From NCBI RefSeq assembly GCF_001194135.2, contig NC_068994.1, forward strand, positions 14,827,483-14,884,010: a stretch of DNA of 56,528 bases, written 5' to 3'. Numbering within the stretch: position 1 is the stretch's first letter; each line of letters starts with the position of its first letter. This stretch comes from Octopus bimaculoides (Eukaryota). The notes below the pieces were generated by a model that saw only the letters and a program-made list of their open reading frames with translations, did no database searches and was not told the origin of the DNA. Position numbers and translations under genes: made by a program. Shown one piece after another: positions 50,529-56,528 of this stretch.

Positions 50529-50644
50529 CTTAAACAAGAATGAAGTTAATAGCCACTTCAAAGTTTCAGCCTTCATTGGATGGTCCAATAGTGACTAAGT
50601 AAGCTGCAACATCGAAGACATTGCCAACATTATTCTTGTTAAAG
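50529..50644. repeat. Decayed second copy of the palindromic hammerhead-like element
   Basis: cttaaacaagaat...acttcaaagtttcagccttcattggatggtccaat...catcgaagacattgccaacattattcttgttaaag aligns end to end with 55881-56004. Confidence 0.75.
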
Positions 50645-50756
50645 AATAAATATGTATTCTACAAAAAGGATGGAGTTTGATGTAAAACCATTCTGATTTT
50701 AACTTGACATAAAAACAAACATTTCATATATGCATATATAGATGTATTATATCAAC

Positions 50757-51121
50757 GTGGCACTCTATCAGTTACGACAACGAGGGTTCCAGTTGATCTG
50801 ACCAATGGAACAGTCTGCTCATCAAATTAATGTCCAAGTGGCTGAGCACTCCACAGACATGTGTACCCTTAACATAGTCCTTGGAGAGATTCAGTGTGAC
50901 ACTGAGTGTGACAAGGCTGGCCCTTTGAAATACAGGTACAACAGAAACAGGAAGTAAGAGTGAGAGAAAGTTGTGGTGAAAGAGTATAGCAGGGTTAGCC
51001 ACCACACCCTGCAAGAGCCTCATGGAGCTTTAGGTGTTTTCGTTCAATAAACACTCACAAGGCCCGGTATGGGAGTCGAAACCGCGATCCTACGACAAGT
51101 CCGCTCTGGGCCATTGTGCCT
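50757..51121 (-). mobile_element. SINE-B, older copy
   Basis: Matches 8422-8801. Confidence 0.9.
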
Positions 51122-51216
51122 ACACATATATATACATACACACATGTATATTTACATATATATATATACATACACACATATATACATGTATATATACATA
51201 TATATATATACACATA

Positions 51217-51312
<96 letters not shown>

Positions 51313-52162
51313 TATTTATATACATACATAGATATATATATATATTAGATTGGAGCCTGGTGTTGCCATCCGGTTTCACCAGTCCTCAGTCAAATCGTCC
51401 AACCCATGCTAGCATGGAAGGCGGACGTTAAACGATGATGATGATGATGATGACACACACACATATGTATCATATATACATACATATACATGTATATATA
51501 TATATATATATATATGTGAGTAAAAATAAATACAAAAAAGGTGGGTTTTTTGTATGATTGTGTATAGAGGAATATATTATTTTGTTTAAAAGAGTTCCAA
51601 CACTGTCTGTTTTTTATGTTTTATTTATATTCCTGCAGAACCAATGTGGGGTATAGAATATGGAATATACAATATATAATATAATATATAATATAAAATA
51701 AAAATGGATGGCACCATGAAAGAAAGTATTGAATGTAGATGAAATATTGAGTGTTCAATATAAAGGATCAAATATATAAATATAAATATGCATATATACA
51801 AATATATATATATAAACATATGTATGTATATACATATGTTTATACATATATATATATATACACATACACACACATCATTATTGCTTAACATCCACCTCCC
51901 ATACTAGCAGGAGTGTATACATACACACACACATATTATCGATAATGGCTGAAATTGCGTTTGACCATCTGGCCAATAACCGATGAAAAATTGGTGACCT
52001 TCTGTGTTTTCTGTTCGCCTGTGTATTAAGTATTTACTACACATTTTTTTCTGAATTATATACATAGGTATGTCATATTTTCCATTTGTTGTCTTTTTAT
52101 TTAATCCTGAAAATATTATTTATGCAAACGAATGCACTCATTAATCATTTATACATATATAC

Positions 52163-52195
<33 letters not shown>

Positions 52196-52583
52196 CATAC
52201 ATATATACACACATATATGTACATACATATATATATTTACATATATCTACATACATATATGTATATTATATCTACATATATACGTACATATCTATATACA
52301 GATATATGCCAGTGACAGCTGACTGGCTCCTGCACTGGTAGCCCATAAAAAGCACCATTTGAGCATGGCCAATGTCAAGTACTGAGTAACTGGTTTTTGT
52401 GCCGGTGGCACACAAAAAGCACCCACTACACTCTCAGAGTGGTAGGCGTTAGGAAGGGCATGTGGCGGTAGAAACCTTGCCAGATCAGATTGGAGCCTGG
52501 TGCTGCCTCCCGGCTTGCTAGTCCTTAGTCAACTGTCCAACCCCTGCATGGAAAGCGGACACTAAACAGTAATGATGATGATA

Positions 52584-52645
<62 letters not shown>

Positions 52646-52820
52646 CATACACACACACAAAGATATACACATACATCTATATACACTTACATGTATATAC
52701 ATACATATATACATATGCACATATATACACATACATATGCATTCATATAAAACATACATAAAGATACATATATATACATGCATATATTCATATATATGTA
52801 TACACATATATATATAGTAC
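51121..52820. repeat. Compound TA/CA/TG microsatellite domain containing SINE-D pieces (51345-51452, ~52305-52582, + strand)
   Basis: Directly visible; SINE-D tails catgctagcatggaaggcggacgttaaacgatgatgat. Confidence 0.9.
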
Positions 52821-53074
52821 TGTGAGTAATTACCCTCTATATACTGCAATCAGTCAAAAAAAAAATACAATAAAATATGAACAAAATACATGCATGAAAT
52901 CATTGAATGCCCATGTGGTTGGTTTTTCAATGGGACGCTATGACATAAAAGAGAACAATAGCGTGTGAAGTTAGGAACTTAGAGAATATTTATAGCTATG
53001 TAAATAGGAGTACGAACAAAAGATCAGAATATTTTACACACAATGCCGTGAGTGGATTTATATTCTGATTGTGT

Positions 53075-53345
53075 GCTAACATAGCTGAATGGTTTAAGCA
53101 GTTAATTCTGAAGTCATGAGGTCTTTAGGTTCGTTTCCCACTGTGTAGCATAATTTTGAATTGATCCAAACATAGTGAGCAAAATTTTGACAGAAAATTT
53201 TGTGGAATGGTCTGTACCTGTAAGACCAAGTAAGTGTCAGCCCTTGTCAATTTGATTGTCAAACATTAACGTTAAAGGTACAGTTCCCCACTTACATGTC
53301 ATTAGATTCTTTAGTTGATCAAACAACTGGAATACTCAACGTGGA
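53075..53345 (+). mobile_element. Old tRNA-derived SINE (SINE-B-like 3' part)
   Basis: gctaacatagctgaatggtttaag...ggttcgtttccc...tgtgtagc cloverleaf-like head; 3' part resembles the SINE-B tail. Confidence 0.55.
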
Positions 53346-53383
53346 AACAACCAACAAACATTCACTTACTATATGTGACCTTT

Positions 53384-53414
<31 letters not shown>

Positions 53415-53441
53415 GTTGGCGCATGGCCTGGTGGTTTAAAG

Positions 53442-53711
53442 CAGTGGTTTTCAAACTGTGGTCCGCAAGGACAAGACAGGGGGTCTGTGAACAGCAAATA
53501 CTTTTTATGGGCAATTTGATTTTATATATGGTTTTTAATCGAAATCTTGACAATAAACCTATTTGTTAAATACTGTTAAATAAACAAATGTAAAAATATG
53601 TTATTTTAAGCAAATATTTATGTATAAATTTCATAAGCGTTTATAAGGGGGTCCTAAGGTAAAGCCTGAAATATAAAGGGGTCCGCAAGTCAAAAAGTTT
53701 GAAAACCCCTG
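53442..53711 (+). mobile_element. hAT (Charlie-like) MITE, sister of 3373-3652
   Basis: TIRs CAGTGGTTTTCAAACT / AGTTTGAAAACCCCTG; TSD gtttaaag/gtttagag. Confidence 0.9.
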
Positions 53712-53719
53712 GTTTAGAG

Positions 53720-54150
53720 CAGTGCTCCAAAACCAGTATGGCGCGGCACACTGGTTTGTCACGAGACGATGCTAGGTTTGTCGCAGTATAACCTGAATAT
53801 AATTTTTTCTCCCCCTATATTTTTAGTTCAGGTGTGCTACCGATTTTTGACAAGAATATAAGTGTACTGCAAGTGCAAAAGGATGCGGAGCACTGGTTTG
53901 TGTGCGTTCACGATCGTGTTATCAATTCCCGGGAGCCGGTGGTGAGCTGTGTTCTTGAGCAGAACACTTCATCTCACGTTGCTCTGCATTCGCTTCGACA
54001 CCTGTCGTGTGAAACACCGAGCACCTGTTTCAGGCAACGTCGGTTTGATGGAGGAGGAGTGCGCTAATGTACAGCACGCACATTCTGATCACTATAAACA
54101 ATTTTATTTGTGCACGTTGTTCAGCAAGAAAGTGTAAAACCGGCTTTCGT
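53720..54150 (+). mobile_element. Left end of a second hAT-like element
   Basis: CAGTGCTCCAAAACCAGTATGGCGCGGCACACTGG terminus directly after the shared gtttagag site; CpG-rich; right end not found. Confidence 0.5.
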
Positions 54151-54704
54151 AGACTGTGAGAGAGACTACCATCATATATATATATATATATATGTGCCTA
54201 TATATACATCGTAGTTACACGTGTATAAGTTGCACTATCTTATACTTGATTTTGACAGGAAAAAAAAACTGCGACTTGTAAATACGAGTAAATGAGGCTT
54301 TATCGGGGTAATGTAAGAGCGATTAGTTAGCAGTAATNNNNNNNNNNNNNNNNNNNNNNNNNNNNNNNNNNNNNNNNNNNNNNNNNNNNNNNNNNNNNNN
54401 NNNNNNNNNNNNNNNNNNNNNNNNNNNNNNNNNNNNNNNNNNNNNNNNNNNNNNNNNCTTGGAATATTCCTTCATCAACTGTCTCTATTCTAACCTGACG
54501 TTTCGAAGATAAGACAGTTCGATCAACTGAAACTTTTTTACTCCAATCGAAAGAAATCAATACATAGTAGAAACAGAATAAAAAGTTTAATTGAAAGAAA
54601 ACCTTAAGCCTATTCAGACAATATCGCCTCGATGAAGAAGATACTGAAAAAAGACGTTTGATCTATTGTACTGTACCTAATTATCGAACTAAATAATAAT
54701 TATG

Positions 54705-54707
54705 TGA

Positions 54708-54751
<44 letters not shown>

Positions 54752-54752
54752 A
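54705..54752. repeat. (GAAA)n microsatellite
   Basis: Directly visible. Confidence 0.95.
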
Positions 54753-55536
54753 AAAGGTGGATGAAATAAATGTGCACAATTTGAATTAAGACAAAACTAT
54801 ATTTAATAGTCTTGCTATAATCCAATAGTAAAATTATAAGAACGGAAGAAGCGGGGGGGGGCGCAAAAAGTTGGACGCAAACTTGAAAATGCCTCAGAAC
54901 TTTCGAAAGAGTGGCGACGGGGAAGGGGAAGAAAATCAAATGGATAGAAATCTAGATAAATCGATATCTCCCACTACTTCCAGGACTAAGTTTTATAACA
55001 GAGATGATTCAATTATGGACTACAAACCGGATTATCAACTAGATTCTTCTTTTTTTTTTTTATTTCTATCGTATTCTAAATAATTTGCTTTCTACCATCA
55101 CTACATTACACAGATTGGAATCGACTAATGAATTGATGCAAAATAAAAATAAAAAAACAAAAAAAAACGTAAACAGTAAATATTACTATAAACATAATTT
55201 GTGGCACTACCAGTATGACAACACTATTTAAAATTTCGAAAACCTCATGTGTGTACATTCCATTCTTCACATGTCGCTGATGTGTTGTTGTTTTTTTTTT
55301 GTGTGTGTGTATGTGCGTTTTTAATTAATCACATATAGTTTATTCAGTTCTGTTCCTCAAGATCAACTGACAAAGTATAATGCTTTCGGTTTTATTAACT
55401 TGATGTTGGAAGGTACCAACAAGAGACAACTCTAATCATAACGCGAATCTTCCACACAGCGCGCGCACACACTGATAGTCTGAAATCGACATTATAGGGA
55501 TGAACAAGCATGAAACTGCTGAATCCAGATGCATTT

Positions 55537-55567
<31 letters not shown>

Positions 55568-55776
55568 TATACACGTTTATGAATTGGTGTTGCATTCGTA
55601 CTTCACTCGTTTGGACCAAGACACGAAGAAAATGTAGTGAGAGAGAGGTCAGAGATGTGTGACAAAAGATTTCCGGACAATGGACAGAAGCTAGAACAAG
55701 AACAGTAATAAACAAGTGAAGAACGAATACACACAGTGCGTGTTTATTTGGAAAAATAAATGACCGTCCCCAAATA

Positions 55777-55814
<38 letters not shown>

Positions 55815-55880
55815 TTTCATGTCGAATTATAATAAAAATAACTTTACTACATTAAAATACTTTTTTGTAGAGTACATATA

Positions 55881-56004
55881 CTTAAACAAGAATAGTTAAC
55901 AGTGATTTCGAAGTTTCGGCCAGTTTTAGCCTTCATCGGATAGCCCAGTGAAGGCTAGACAGGTCAAAACTTCGAAGTCGCTGTCAACACTATCCTTGTT
56001 AAAG
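55881..56004. ncRNA. Palindromic element with a minimal type-I hammerhead-like core in each arm (both degenerate)
   Basis: Plus: GATAGC-CCAGTGA-A-GGCT agaca GGTC-AAAA-C ttcgaa GTC|GCTGTC. Minus: CCGATGA-A-GGCT aaaact GGCC-GAAA-C ttcgaa ATC. Arms 55881-55939 and 55945-56004 are reverse-complementary. Confidence 0.55.
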
Positions 56005-56528
56005 AAAAACATACACACAAAAAAAGAATGTTCTTTAGCGTAGTTGGGACACCGCCTTCACACTGCGACGTGTGCCGTAGTGCGTATGAGGAGAGGATGA
56101 ACTCATCGAAGTCGAAGAACGAAAACCAACGAAGATTTATACTTTAGCTGGGACAACATTAACCGATAGGGAAGGTCACAAGATTTGATAAAGCACATAT
56201 TTGCGTATACGCAGCATTTAGTGAAGAATATGAATGGATGAGAGAGAGAGAGAAAGACAGATCAGGCAATTTGTGTTTAAATTAAAAAAATATTACATTG
56301 AATCGATAAAACATCCTCTTACCCTAGGGATTTAATATTTCTTTTCCTTTTAATTATATAGCCTCGGTAAGTTTACACCAACGGGTTTTTAGCATTTTTG
56401 ATACAATAAACAAATCCAGTGAAAAGAAAAGTGTTTTAAAGTACTTGAAAACTCAAGTACATTATTGTTTAAACTTCACTGAGGACTTGTCTGGCGAGAG
56501 ATATTTGTATAGAAATAAGTGGTAAATG

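Larger units (their letters stand above)
54450..56528. promoter_or_regulatory. CpG-retaining region, possible promoter or 5' end of a gene
   Basis: Visibly more CG dinucleotides than the rest of the window (gcggggggggggcgc-like tract at ~54850, gcgcgcgc at 55459, 56040-56220). Judged by eye. Confidence 0.35.

Noticed and set aside
53075-53150. Functional tRNA-Gln(CTG)
   Set aside because: Bulged acceptor stem and broken arms, and it continues into SINE body sequence, so it is a SINE head.
23650-54560. Long ORFs in the supplied track containing X runs or YI/CV/HT repeats
   Set aside because: They are produced by N-gaps and dinucleotide microsatellites.
1-56528. CRISPR array or other prokaryotic system
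   Set aside because: No regularly spaced direct repeats with unique spacers and no operon-like ORFs; repeats are dispersed eukaryotic TEs.

Overview
AT-rich, repeat-dense eukaryotic (animal) genomic DNA with 11 N-gaps. The SINE, MITE and microsatellite content suggests an octopod cephalopod; this is inference, no search was run. No CRISPR array, rRNA, intact tRNA or intact long ORF is visible. The window is dominated by four SINE-like families (working labels A-D), TTAA-flanked piggyBac-type MITEs, hAT/Charlie-type MITEs with 8-bp TSDs, one mariner element with both TIRs (27129-28416), and decayed Penelope-like (PLE) and RTE retroelement fragments. A-rich plus-strand bias, scattered GT-AG-bounded open segments on the minus strand and a CpG-rich right end suggest mostly intronic DNA of a minus-strand gene that I could not identify. 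Best leads: (1) a ~125-bp palindromic element in two copies, with a minimal hammerhead-ribozyme-like core in each arm of the better copy (55881-56004, 50529-50644); (2) a decayed tRNA-like sequence between near-identical 101/104-bp direct repeats (4470-4874); (3) a perfect 26-bp-arm hairpin (7110-7165); (4) a speculative spliced signal-peptide plus Cys-rich mini-protein. Repeat boundaries were read by eye and are approximate unless a TIR or TSD is quoted.
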